From positions 90,001-122,000 of the forward strand of contig NZ_JAHDSX010000001.1 in assembly GCF_020969955.1 (NCBI RefSeq): a stretch of 32,000 nucleotides of DNA, written 5' to 3'. The number at the start of each line of letters is the position of its first letter. Positions within the stretch are counted from its first letter, which is position 1. A program made the position numbers and the translations under genes. Of the stretch, positions 18,205 to 27,093 are shown in pieces. Origin of the DNA: Allobaculum fili. Its GTDB lineage: Bacteria; Bacillota_I; Bacilli_A; Erysipelotrichales; Erysipelotrichaceae. The notes below the pieces were generated by a model. It was given only the letters and a program-made list of their open reading frames with translations, had not been told where the DNA came from and did not search any database.

Positions 18205-19032
18205 ATGGACTATCCACAGGATCTGATCGGAGAACTGGTCGAAAACGATAAGGATGAACGGGAAGAATCGCTGCGCGTCGGCCTGCTTTTAACGCTTGGT
18301 ATCGGCATTCTCAACGCCTGCACGTACGTGACGCGCGGGCATGTTTTCGCGAGCAGTCAGAGCGGCAACCTGCTCTATTTAGGACTCGATCTGGCCAAAG
18401 GCGAATTTGGCAACGTGACCAAGTATCTTTTTCCGCCGCTGATGTTTGCGGCTGGAATTGTCATTGCCGAACATTATCACGACAAGCCGGGGTATCGGCA
18501 ATGGCGAAGAATTCAGTTTCTGATCGAAATCGTTCTGATCATTGTCGCCACGTTTCTTCCGGATTCCTGGAACGCACTGGCCAATCCGATTTTCGGCTTG
18601 TGCTGCGGACTGCAGACGATTATTTTCAAGCGGATTCGAAGCAATCCGATGGCGACGGTCGTCATCAACAGCGGCTTTCAGAACACGTTTGTGCACCTGA
18701 CACGGTATTTGCAGAAAAAGGATAGGGAAGACGCGTTTCGCGCGCTGCTCTATTTTGTTCTGGTCATTTCCTACTTTCTCGGCATCGTGATCGGCGCACT
18801 GCTCTGTCCGTATCTCAATCATTATGTTTCGCTGATCAGCGCTGGACTGCTGCTGATCTGTCTGTTTATTGCGCTGCCTGCCCATTTGGATTCGGACGAA
18901 AAGAGCTCTGATTCATCGGTCGACAACCCGGACAAGGCAGGAACGGCTGCGTCAAAGCCTGAAAAAGAAAACGGACAAAATTCGAAGAACAATAGAAGTT
19001 TCAAAAACGAGGACACGGTTTGGAAGCGTTGA
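18205..19032 (+). CDS. YoaK/DUF1275 family membrane protein with a disordered C-terminal tail
   Basis: LLLTLGIGILNACTYVTRGHVFASSQSGNLLYLGLDL is the typical DUF1275 opening. The protein has about 6 TM helices and a polar tail of roughly 45 aa. The RBS is weak. Confidence 0.75.
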   Translation: MDYPQDLIGELVENDKDEREESLRVGLLLTLGIGILNACTYVTRGHVFASSQSGNLLYLGLDLAKGEFGNVTKYLFPPLMFAAGIVIAEHYHDKPGYRQWRRIQFLIEIVLIIVATFLPDSWNALANPIFGLCCGLQTIIFKRIRSNPMATVVINSGFQNTFVHLTRYLQKKDREDAFRALLYFVLVISYFLGIVIGALLCPYLNHYVSLISAGLLLICLFIALPAHLDSDEKSSDSSVDNPDKAGTAASKPEKENGQNSKNNRSFKNEDTVWKR

Positions 19033-19054
19033 ATTTCAAAATCCGTGTCTTTTT
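19012..19054 (+). terminator. Possible terminator overlapping the yoaK-like stop codon
   Basis: gacacgg (19012-19018) pairs with ccgtgtc (19043-19049), followed by ttttt. The stem is short (7 bp) and the loop is long (24 nt). Confidence 0.35.
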
Positions 19055-19199
19055 ATCGCGTAAGTAATACGAATCGTTTTACTCTTCGCAAGAAAACCTC
19101 TTTTTTCGGGCCGTCAAGAGGAATTTTCAGAAAAATGCCGGGAAATATTCTCGTTTTCATGCATTTTTTCAGAAAGAGAAACAAATCGGTTTCAATGGA

Positions 19200-19227
19200 T
19201 TGAATTCGAAAATGGAATGGGTAGAAT
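19200..19227 (+). promoter_or_regulatory. Sigma-A type promoter for the arg T-box leader
   Basis: TTGAAT (19200-19205), a 16-nt spacer, then TAGAAT (19222-19227). This sits just upstream of Stem I. Confidence 0.55.
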
Positions 19228-19234
19228 ACGGAAT

Positions 19235-19462
19235 ATCAAATCAGTGATCGGAAATAGTACCTGCAGAAAGGTCCAAAGAGAGCTTCGGCCTGGTGAAACG
19301 AAGCGTCCGGAATGCAGCGAACGTGCCCGTGAGTGGAACCGCGACAGAAATCGAGCTGTTCCCGCGACCCGGCGTTATGGGAGAGTGTCCTCTTCAAGAA
19401 AGAGGGAAGACAGGTGGTACCGCGATCCTTATCGTCCTTTCATTCGAAAGGACGTTTTTTTT
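19235..19462 (+). promoter_or_regulatory. T-box riboswitch leader, Arg specifier (CGU), with intrinsic terminator
   Basis: The Stem I base has GA/K-turn motifs (cAGTGAtcgg ... cccGTGAGtgg). An AGTA S-turn element, an AG bulge (aaAGAGAG) and a distal loop (cctGGTGAAAcg) are present. The 3' side of the specifier loop reads GAA-CGT-G (19319-19325). The conserved T-box sequence GGTGGTACCGCG lies at 19413-19424. The terminator is cgtcctttc/gaaaggacg (19433-19454) followed by T8 (19455-19462). Confidence 0.85.
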
Positions 19463-19683
19463 GGAAGGGGCGATTTCATGCAGGAAGACCGACGATGCCT
19501 GAATTCAGGCCGGCGAAAGGCTGACACACACTGAGAAACAGCCATTCGCCGCATACATACGCACAGCTTAGAACAAGATCCGAAACGAAAAATCCATACA
19601 TACATAAACGTTTAAATCTGCTGGATCTTCTTCTCATTCTTTCTCAGACCATTCAAAAGCGAAAGCGAACAAGGAGAAAAATC

Positions 19684-20955
19684 ATGAGCAACCTGCATAA
19701 CGAAAACAAAACGTATAAGAAAATCGTCCTCGCCTATTCCGGCGGTCTGGATACTTCCGTTCTGATCCCCTGGCTGAAAGAACATTACGGCAACTGCGAA
19801 GTCATCGCGGTATCCGGCAACGTCGGACAGGGCGGCGAACTCGACGGCCTCGAAGAAAAAGCGCTCAAGACCGGCGCCTCCAAACTGTATATTGAAGATC
19901 TGACCGACACCTTTGTAGACGACTACATCGTACCGTCCCTCAAAGCCGGCGCGAGCTACGAACAGTACTTGCTGGGAACGTCTTTCGCAAGACCGATCAT
20001 CGCCAAACGGATTGTGGAAATCGCCAAAGCCGAAGGCGCCGATGCCATCTGCCACGGCTGTACCGGTAAAGGAAACGACCAGGTTCGGTTTGAACTGGCC
20101 ATCAAGGCGTTCGCTCCGGAAATCGATATTATCGCTCCATGGCGGTTCTGGGATCTGAACAGCCGGGAAAAGGAAATCGCCTACGCCGAAGCGCATAACA
20201 TTCCTCTGAAAATCAGCAAGGAAACCAACTACTCCAAAGATAAAAACCTCTGGCATCTGTCCCATGAAGGTCTGGACCTCGAAGATCCGGCCAACGAAGC
20301 TCCAATCAACAAACCCGGCTTCCTCGAAATGGGTGTATCCCCCGAAATGGCTCCGGATACGCCGACCAATGTCACCATCCATTTTGAAAAAGGCGTACCG
20401 ACCGCTCTGGATGGCGAAGAAATGAGCGCCAAGGACATCATCCTCAAGCTCAACGAAATCGGCGGCGCCAACGGCATCGGCATTCTCGATATCGTTGAAA
20501 ACCGTCTGGTCGGCATGAAATCGAGAGGCGTATACGAAACGCCGGGCGGATCCATTCTGTATAAAGCCCACGACAAGCTCGAGGAAATCACCCTCGACAA
20601 AAACACCAAGCATTTCAAGGAAATCGTCGCGCAGAAATTCGGCGAACTCGTCTACGACGGCCTCTGGTTCACCCCGCTGCGCAAAGCGCTGAGCGCCTTC
20701 GTCGATTCCACGCAGGAAACCGTAACCGGCGACGTTACGCTCAAACTCTACAAAGGTAACATGATTCCGGTATCAGTAACATCCCCGTATTCCCTCTATA
20801 ACGCAGGCATGGCCACCTTCGATGAAGATGACTGCTACGACCAGAGCGATTCCGCCGGCTTCATCAACCTCTTCGGTCTGCCGATCGCGGTAAGAGCCAT
20901 CAACGACAAGCAGCTCGCAAAGGAAACTGGAGAACATTTCTCCAGTGTGGAATAA
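19684..20955 (+). CDS. argG: Argininosuccinate synthase
   Basis: [14 protein letters not shown] is the ATP pyrophosphatase motif. The protein is 423 aa. The RBS is caaggagaaaaatcATG. Confidence 0.95.
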   Translation: MSNLHNENKTYKKIVLAYSGGLDTSVLIPWLKEHYGNCEVIAVSGNVGQGGELDGLEEKALKTGASKLYIEDLTDTFVDDYIVPSLKAGASYEQYLLGTSFARPIIAKRIVEIAKAEGADAICHGCTGKGNDQVRFELAIKAFAPEIDIIAPWRFWDLNSREKEIAYAEAHNIPLKISKETNYSKDKNLWHLSHEGLDLEDPANEAPINKPGFLEMGVSPEMAPDTPTNVTIHFEKGVPTALDGEEMSAKDIILKLNEIGGANGIGILDIVENRLVGMKSRGVYETPGGSILYKAHDKLEEITLDKNTKHFKEIVAQKFGELVYDGLWFTPLRKALSAFVDSTQETVTGDVTLKLYKGNMIPVSVTSPYSLYNAGMATFDEDDCYDQSDSAGFINLFGLPIAVRAINDKQLAKETGEHFSSVE

Positions 20956-22362
20956 ATGAGTAAGCTCTGGGCGGGTCGGATCTCCAAGGAAACCGACGCG
21001 GACGCCAACGACTTCAACAGTTCCATTTCTTTTGATTCCCGGCTGTATCCCCAGGACATTCTTGGAAGCCTGGTGCACAGCTGCATGCTCGAAAAACAGG
21101 GCATTCTCACGTACGAGGAAAAGCAGGACATTCATCACGGCCTGCTCGATCTTCTCAACAAAATGAACAGCGGTCAGGTGGAATTTTCCAGCCAGTATGA
21201 AGACATTCACACATGCGTGGAACAGCTGCTGACGGCCGCCATCGGCGACACCGGCAAAAAGCTCCACACCGGACGCAGCCGCAACGATCAGGTCGCACTC
21301 GACATGCGTCTGTATGTTGTCTCCAAAGCCGAAGAAATTCACGACACGCTGCTCAATCTGATTTCGGTTCTGGCCGATCTGGCCGCCGAATACGCCGATA
21401 CGCTCGTACCCGGCTATACCCATCTTCAAAGAGCGCAGCCCATCACCTTCGGGCACACGCTCATGGCCTACGCCAACATGTTCCGCCGCGACGCGCTCCG
21501 TCTGGAAAACGCGCTGGACGTCATGGACGAATGTCCGCTGGGCGCCGGCGCTCTGGCTGGAACGACGTTCCCGCTCGATCGGGAATTTACCGCCGCACAT
21601 CTTGGCTTTTCCAAGCCGATGTCCAACTCGATCGACGCGGTCAGCGACAGGGACTTCTGCATTGAATTTTTAAGCGATCTTTCCATCCTCATGATGCACA
21701 TGAGCCGTCTGAGCGAAGAAATGATTCTCTGGAGCTCCTGGGAATTCAAATTCATCGAACTCGACGACGCCTATTCCACCGGCAGCTCGATCATGCCCCA
21801 GAAGAAAAATCCGGACATGTGCGAACTGATCCGCGGCAAAACCGGCCGGGTTTACGGCGATCTGATCGGTCTGCTCACGGTCATGAAAGGTCTGCCCCTC
21901 GCCTATAACAAGGACATGCAGGAAGACAAGGAAGCCGTCTTTGACGCCGTTGATACCGTCGAGATGTGCCTGAAAGTTCTGCCTGGCATGTTAAAGACGA
22001 TGCGCGTACGCAAGGACAAGATGAAACAGGCCGCCAGTGCCGGATTCATCAACGCAACGGAATGCGCTGACTACCTCGCCAAAAAAGGCATGCCCTTCCG
22101 GGATGCCTACAAACTGACCGGTACGCTCGTCGCTGACTGCATCGACAAGGGCCTTACCCTCGATCAGGTCAGCCCCGACGATCTCGAAAAGCTCTGCGAT
22201 CTGTTTGACGAAGACTTTTATCAGGCGATCGATCTCGACAAGGCTGTAGCCGATCGGAAAGTGTACGGCGGTCCGTGCAAGGAAAACGTGCTCGACCAGT
22301 CCGCCAAAGCCAAGGAATTTGTCGCCGCGCACAAAACGTCCAAAGTCAGAACTTCGAAATAA
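20956..22362 (+). CDS. argH: Argininosuccinate lyase
   Basis: The fumarate-lyase signature GSSIMPQKKNPD is present. The N-terminus reads MSKLWAGRISKE. The ATG immediately follows the argG TAA stop. Confidence 0.95.
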   Translation: MSKLWAGRISKETDADANDFNSSISFDSRLYPQDILGSLVHSCMLEKQGILTYEEKQDIHHGLLDLLNKMNSGQVEFSSQYEDIHTCVEQLLTAAIGDTGKKLHTGRSRNDQVALDMRLYVVSKAEEIHDTLLNLISVLADLAAEYADTLVPGYTHLQRAQPITFGHTLMAYANMFRRDALRLENALDVMDECPLGAGALAGTTFPLDREFTAAHLGFSKPMSNSIDAVSDRDFCIEFLSDLSILMMHMSRLSEEMILWSSWEFKFIELDDAYSTGSSIMPQKKNPDMCELIRGKTGRVYGDLIGLLTVMKGLPLAYNKDMQEDKEAVFDAVDTVEMCLKVLPGMLKTMRVRKDKMKQAASAGFINATECADYLAKKGMPFRDAYKLTGTLVADCIDKGLTLDQVSPDDLEKLCDLFDEDFYQAIDLDKAVADRKVYGGPCKENVLDQSAKAKEFVAAHKTSKVRTSK

Positions 22363-22430
22363 TTCCAGACCGAGCGAAAGCCGTCAAAGGAAAAAGACGC
22401 GCTTCTTCTGGAAAGGAAATGTTTACGCCA

Positions 22431-22466
22431 GACCGCCGCGCCAGTAGGAAACTTGTCGCGGCGGTC
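22431..22466 (+). terminator. GC-rich hairpin downstream of argH (possible non-canonical terminator)
   Basis: gaccgccgcg (22431-22440) pairs perfectly with cgcggcggtc (22457-22466). The nearest T5 run starts about 14 nt after the stem, so this is not a classical intrinsic terminator. Confidence 0.3.
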
Positions 22467-22551
22467 GACGTTTCCGATGATTTTTCCTCTCCATCCAACC
22501 GCTGCGTGCCGCCTGTCTTTCGATATCTTTCCATATATATCGGAAGCAGAA

Positions 22552-22611
22552 AGAAGGATATAGAAGGATATAGATATAAAGGATACAGAAGGATATAGAT
22601 ATATAGGAAGA
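22552..22611. repeat. Purine-rich tandem direct repeat in the argH-argC spacer
   Basis: agaaggatat occurs at 22552, 22562 and 22587. Two 25-bp units align: agaaggatatagatataaaggatac (22562-22586) and agaaggatatagatatataggaaga (22587-22611). GGATAYAGA occurs four times. Confidence 0.75.
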
Positions 22612-22837
22612 ACAGGGAAGAGCTCGAACGCCTGGCAGAAAAGAGTCCGGACAGGCAGGATTCCATCCCCGCAAATTCACCTGAAAAGTGCAGGAAAAAC
22701 GGGAAAAAGACAGCCCATACAGAACCGGTGAAATCCCGCAAAACAGGAATATATATGTCTCCTTTGAAAAAGCGGATGTTCACAAAATGCATAGGCCGGT
22801 ATTCTGAGCAGGGAAAAAGATAAAAAACAGTACGTGT

Positions 22838-23767
22838 ATGAAAAAACCAAAAATTTACATCGATGGCCAGGCCGGAACGACCGGGCTGCAGATTAAGGAG
22901 CGGATTTTAAACCGCGACGATCTGGAACTGCTGACCATCGCCGAAGACAAACGAAAAGATCCCGGCGAACGCCGGCGTCTGATGGAAAAAGCCGATCTGG
23001 TCTTTCTCTGCCTGCCCGATGCGGCAGCGATCGAAGCCGTTTCGCTGATGGAAGGACTCGATACCCGAATCATTGACGCCTCCACCGCGCATCGCACTTC
23101 GCCCGACTGGGCGTACGGCTTTCCGGAACTTTCGGCCGCGCATAAAGCAGCCATTCAGAGCGCGCAGAAAGTGGCCAATCCCGGATGCCACGCCAGCGGC
23201 TTTATCGCTCTGGTTTATCCGCTCGCCAGATCCGGACTGCTCAATCTGGACAGTCAGCTGAAGTCCTTTTCGCTGACCGGCTACAGCGGCGGCGGAAAAT
23301 CGATGATCGCCGCTTACGAAAACGAAAAAGAAGACGAAATGAACAGCCCGAAGCCCTACGCTTTAGGACTTGCCCATAAGCACATTCCAGAAATGAAAGC
23401 CGTCTGCGGTCTGCAGCAGACCCCGCTTTTTGTACCGATCGTCGATGACTATGAAAAAGGCATGCTCACCCAGGTCTTTCTCGGCAAGGACGATCTGACC
23501 AAATCTGTCAGTCTGCAGGAACTGCTCGATCTGTATAAAAACTGGTACGGCGATTCCCAGATTCAGGTCGGCGATCCGCAAGGCGCGCTGTTCTCGAATA
23601 CGCTGGCCGGAAAAGACGGCATGGAAATTTTTGTCAACGGATCTTCGGAAACCGGCTATGTGCTCAGCGCCCGCTTTGACAACCTCGGCAAGGGGGCGAG
23701 CGGTGCCGCGGTTCAGAACATGAACCTCATGCTTGGCCTGGACGAATACAAAGGCCTGCATCTTTAA
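22838..23767 (+). CDS. argC: N-acetyl-gamma-glutamyl-phosphate reductase (short, ~310 aa type)
   Basis: MKKPKIYIDGQAGTTGLQI is the Rossmann N-terminus and NPGCHASGF holds the catalytic Cys. The protein is 309 aa. The SD is weak. Confidence 0.9.
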   Translation: MKKPKIYIDGQAGTTGLQIKERILNRDDLELLTIAEDKRKDPGERRRLMEKADLVFLCLPDAAAIEAVSLMEGLDTRIIDASTAHRTSPDWAYGFPELSAAHKAAIQSAQKVANPGCHASGFIALVYPLARSGLLNLDSQLKSFSLTGYSGGGKSMIAAYENEKEDEMNSPKPYALGLAHKHIPEMKAVCGLQQTPLFVPIVDDYEKGMLTQVFLGKDDLTKSVSLQELLDLYKNWYGDSQIQVGDPQGALFSNTLAGKDGMEIFVNGSSETGYVLSARFDNLGKGASGAAVQNMNLMLGLDEYKGLHL

Positions 23768-23843
23768 GAAAAACGCGAAATCCGATACGGATTTCGTTTC
23801 CATATATTTCCAGATACTGGAGAACTGCGAAGAAGGGATAAAC

Positions 23844-25049
23844 ATGAAGGAAAGTCGCAAAGGAATTACCGCAGCCGCGGGATTTCAGACCGGCGCAATT
23901 CACTGCGGGCTGCGCAATAATCCGCAGAAAAAGGAACTCGCGCTGATCGTGTCCGAAACCCCGTGCACAGCTGCGGCGGTTTACACCACCAATCAGGTGA
24001 AAGCCGCGCCGCTGCTGCTCAACATGCAGCATCTGGCCAGCGGAACGGCACAGGCCATTACCGTCAACTCGGGCAATGCCAACGCCTGTGCGCAAAACGG
24101 TGCCGAAAACGCGCTGCGTCAGGCCCAGGCCGCTGCTGCAAAACTCGGTCTGAAAACCGAAGACGTTCTGGTCGCTTCGACCGGCGTCATCGGCGTCGAA
24201 CTGCCGATCGAAAAAATTGAAGCCGGTACCGAAAAAATCGTGCTGGGCTATGACTCTACCGACAGCGCGAAAGCGATCATGACGACCGATACCCGCGTGA
24301 AGGAATACGCGGTGGAATTTGAACTCGACGGAAAAACCGTCTATTTAGGCGGCATCGCCAAAGGATCCGGAATGATCCATCCCAATATGGGAACGATGTT
24401 ATGCTTCCTGACCAGCGACGCAAAGATCGCTTCGCCTATGCTGGACAAAGCGCTGCATGATGTGGTGAAAAAGACGTTTAACCGGATCAGCGTCGATGGC
24501 GACACGTCCACCAACGACATGTGCATCGTTCTGGCTAACGGCATGGCCGGCAATGCCGAAATTACCGAAGAAAATGAAGACTACGCGATCTTCAAGCAGG
24601 CGCTCTTTGACGTCATGCAGAAGCTGGCGATCGCGATCGCCAAGGACGGCGAAGGCGCCAGCCGCCTGATTACGGTCGAAGTCAGAACCGCAAAAACCGA
24701 AGAGCAGGCCGAAACGCTCGCCCGTTCGGTGGCCTGCAGTTCGCTGCTCAAAGCCGCCATGTTTGGCAAGGACGCCAACTGGGGCCGCGTGATCTGTGCC
24801 ATGGGCTACTCCAAAGCGCAGTTTGATCCGTCTCTTGTCAGCATTTCCTTCGCGTCGAAAAACGGCGAAATTCTGGTCTGCGAAAACGGCAAGGGCCTTG
24901 ATTTTGACGAAGACAAGGCGCTTCACATTCTTGAACCCGATGAGATCGTCATTCTGATCGATCTGCACGAAGGAAAAGAGAGCGCGACGTGCTGGGGATG
25001 CGATCTCACGTACGAATACGTACACATCAATGGAGACTACCGCTCATGA
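23844..25049 (+). CDS. argJ: Bifunctional ornithine acetyltransferase / N-acetylglutamate synthase
   Basis: KGITAAAGFQTGAIHCGL is present, together with the autoprocessing region GSGMIHPNMGTMLCFLTSD. I placed the start at MKESRK (23844) behind gaagggataaacATG. The listed ORF starts at 23733, inside argC. Confidence 0.92.
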   Translation: MKESRKGITAAAGFQTGAIHCGLRNNPQKKELALIVSETPCTAAAVYTTNQVKAAPLLLNMQHLASGTAQAITVNSGNANACAQNGAENALRQAQAAAAKLGLKTEDVLVASTGVIGVELPIEKIEAGTEKIVLGYDSTDSAKAIMTTDTRVKEYAVEFELDGKTVYLGGIAKGSGMIHPNMGTMLCFLTSDAKIASPMLDKALHDVVKKTFNRISVDGDTSTNDMCIVLANGMAGNAEITEENEDYAIFKQALFDVMQKLAIAIAKDGEGASRLITVEVRTAKTEEQAETLARSVACSSLLKAAMFGKDANWGRVICAMGYSKAQFDPSLVSISFASKNGEILVCENGKGLDFDEDKALHILEPDEIVILIDLHEGKESATCWGCDLTYEYVHINGDYRS

Positions 25050-25903
25050 TGAGCGCGCAGATCCGCGCCGCCATTCTTTCGGAAGCCCTGCCGTACTTAA
25101 AGGAATACAACGGCGAAATTGTGGTGGTGAAATACGGCGGCAACGCCATGATTGACGAAGAACTCAAAAAGGCCGTCATTCAGGATGTGCTCATGCTGCA
25201 CCTGGTCGGCATTCATGTGGTTCTCGTTCATGGCGGCGGACCGGAAATTTCAAAAATGTTAAAGAAAACCGGCATCGAATCCCGCTTTGTCAACGGGCTT
25301 CGATATACCGGCGAAGATACGATGGGCATCGTGCAGATGGTCCTTTGCGGCAAGGTGAACAAGGATCTCGTTTCCCTGCTCGAAGGCAAGGGAATCGGTC
25401 TTGGCGGCATGGACGGCAATCTGTTTCAGGCCGTTCCGCTCGACCGGGATGAATACGGCTATGTCGGGGAAATCAAAGCCGTCAACAGTCAGATCGTCCG
25501 TGATCTCATTCACGGCGGCTACATCCCCGTCATTTCCTCGGTGGCTGCCGGTCTGAACGATCTCAACAGCTACAACATCAACGCGGACACCGCCGCCAGC
25601 TGTCTGGCCGGCGCACTCCATGCCAAAAAGCTGATTTTACTGACCGACATTTCCGGTCTGCTGGCGGATCCCAGCGATCCGGACAGCCTCATTCCGGCCC
25701 TGAAAGTTTCGCAGGTGCCGGCAATGCTGGCAACCGGCGCGGTTTCGGGCGGCATGATTCCGAAAGTGGACTGCTGCGTGGAAGCCGTACGGCAGGGGGT
25801 TCAGCGCGCCAGCATTATCGACGGCCGCATTCCCCATTCCATTTTGATTGAACTGCTGACCAACGAAGGCATCGGAACGATGTTCTCCCAGGAAGAGGTG
25901 TAA
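25046..25903 (+). CDS. argB: Acetylglutamate kinase
   Basis: VVVKYGGNAM and VLVHGGGPEI motifs are present. The ATG at 25046 overlaps the argJ TGA stop (ATGA). Confidence 0.92.
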   Translation: MMSAQIRAAILSEALPYLKEYNGEIVVVKYGGNAMIDEELKKAVIQDVLMLHLVGIHVVLVHGGGPEISKMLKKTGIESRFVNGLRYTGEDTMGIVQMVLCGKVNKDLVSLLEGKGIGLGGMDGNLFQAVPLDRDEYGYVGEIKAVNSQIVRDLIHGGYIPVISSVAAGLNDLNSYNINADTAASCLAGALHAKKLILLTDISGLLADPSDPDSLIPALKVSQVPAMLATGAVSGGMIPKVDCCVEAVRQGVQRASIIDGRIPHSILIELLTNEGIGTMFSQEEV

Positions 25904-25905
25904 AG

Positions 25906-27093
25906 ATGAGCGATACCCAGACCATCATCGAAACAGAATCGACCCATTTCATGAATACGTACGGCCGCTTTCCCATCGTGCTCGACCACGGCGAAGGCTG
26001 CCTTCTCTACGATCTTGACCAGAACGAGTACCTCGATCTGAATTCCGGCATCGGCGTCAACTGCCTCGGCCACAATCATCCCGCACTCGTAAAAGCCATT
26101 GCCAATCAGGCGGGAACCCTGATGCAGGCCAGCAACCTGTACTATACAAAGCCGCTCGTCGACGCCGGACAGAAGCTCGTTAAGCTTTCCGGCCTGAAGA
26201 AAGTCTTCTTCGCCAACAGCGGTGCGGAAGCCAATGAAGGCGTCATCAAGACCGCCCGCAAGTACAGCATCGATACATACGGCGATCCAAAGCGTGTACA
26301 GATCATTACGCTGAACAATTCCTTTCACGGACGCACGATCGCCACGCTCGAAGCGACCGGTCAGGATAAATTTCACCAGAACTTCTACCCGTTTACCGCC
26401 GGCTTCAAATACGTCGACGCCAACGATCTGGCGGCGATGGAAGACGCCATGGACGACACGGTATGCGCCGTGCTGATGGAACTCGTTCAGGGCGAAAGCG
26501 GCGTTCGCCCGCTCGATGCCGGCTACGTCAAAGCTGTCGAAGCGTTATGCAAGGAAAAAGATATCCTGCTGATCATTGATGAAATCCAGACCGGCGTCGG
26601 CCGTACGGGAACCTTCTTCTCGTATGAGCAGTATGGCATTCAGCCTGATCTTGTCTCGTGCGCCAAAGGCCTTGGCGGCGGCGTGCCGACCGGCGCGTTT
26701 CTTGCCGGCGAAAAAGCCGCCGATATTTTGCAGCCCGGCGATCATGGAACGACCTTTGGCGGAAACGCACTGGCCATGGCTGCAGCCAACGTGGTCCTCG
26801 ACCAGGTCGGCGATTCCGCATTTTTAGCCGATGTGAAACGCAAGGGCGATAAATTCATGCAGGCCATTTCAGCGATCGATTCCGATCACATTCAGGACGT
26901 GCGCGGCATGGGACTGATGATCGGCATTGAAGTCGGACCCGAAGCCATTGCCGACGATCTTGCGAAACTTCGTGAAAAAGGCCTTCTCGCTTTAAAAGCC
27001 GGCGCAGGAACCATCCGCCTGCTGCCGCCGCTCATTATTTCGGATGAACAGATTGACCAAGCCGTCAACGTGATGAAAGAGGTACTCGCATGA
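25906..27093 (+). CDS. argD: Acetylornithine aminotransferase (class III PLP aminotransferase)
   Basis: The motifs are LIIDEIQTGVGRTG and DLVSCAKGLGGG (PLP lysine). The protein is 395 aa. Confidence 0.92.
   Translation: MSDTQTIIETESTHFMNTYGRFPIVLDHGEGCLLYDLDQNEYLDLNSGIGVNCLGHNHPALVKAIANQAGTLMQASNLYYTKPLVDAGQKLVKLSGLKKVFFANSGAEANEGVIKTARKYSIDTYGDPKRVQIITLNNSFHGRTIATLEATGQDKFHQNFYPFTAGFKYVDANDLAAMEDAMDDTVCAVLMELVQGESGVRPLDAGYVKAVEALCKEKDILLIIDEIQTGVGRTGTFFSYEQYGIQPDLVSCAKGLGGGVPTGAFLAGEKAADILQPGDHGTTFGGNALAMAAANVVLDQVGDSAFLADVKRKGDKFMQAISAIDSDHIQDVRGMGLMIGIEVGPEAIADDLAKLREKGLLALKAGAGTIRLLPPLIISDEQIDQAVNVMKEVLA

Noticed and set aside
19612-20613. A 333-aa minus-strand ORF overlapping argG.
   Set aside because: It is a shadow ORF antisense to a definite argininosuccinate synthase gene. 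It has no motifs and no RBS.
22552-22611. The short tandem repeats might have been a degenerate CRISPR array or a minisatellite-borne mobile element.
   Set aside because: The units are directly adjacent with no spacers. There are only 2-3 copies, they are purine-rich and non-palindromic, and no cas or transposase genes are present. I kept the region as a plain repeat and possible protein-binding array.
22776-22792. ATGTTCACAAAATGCAT, just upstream of argC, as an ArgR/AhrC ARG box.
   Set aside because: It resembles the TGAAT-W4-ATTCA type consensus only partly. It is a single copy, whereas ARG boxes usually come in pairs. I could not align it convincingly. It would be worth rescoring with a proper matrix.
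22275-22792. ORFs of 107 aa (plus strand) and 148 aa / 85 aa (minus strand) lie inside the argH-argC spacer.
   Set aside because: They have no usable RBS; for the plus-strand ATG at about 22419 the SD abuts the start codon. Their sequences are dominated by translation of the tandem repeat (YIYILLYPLYLY / KKDIEGYRYKGYRRI). They have no recognisable domains.
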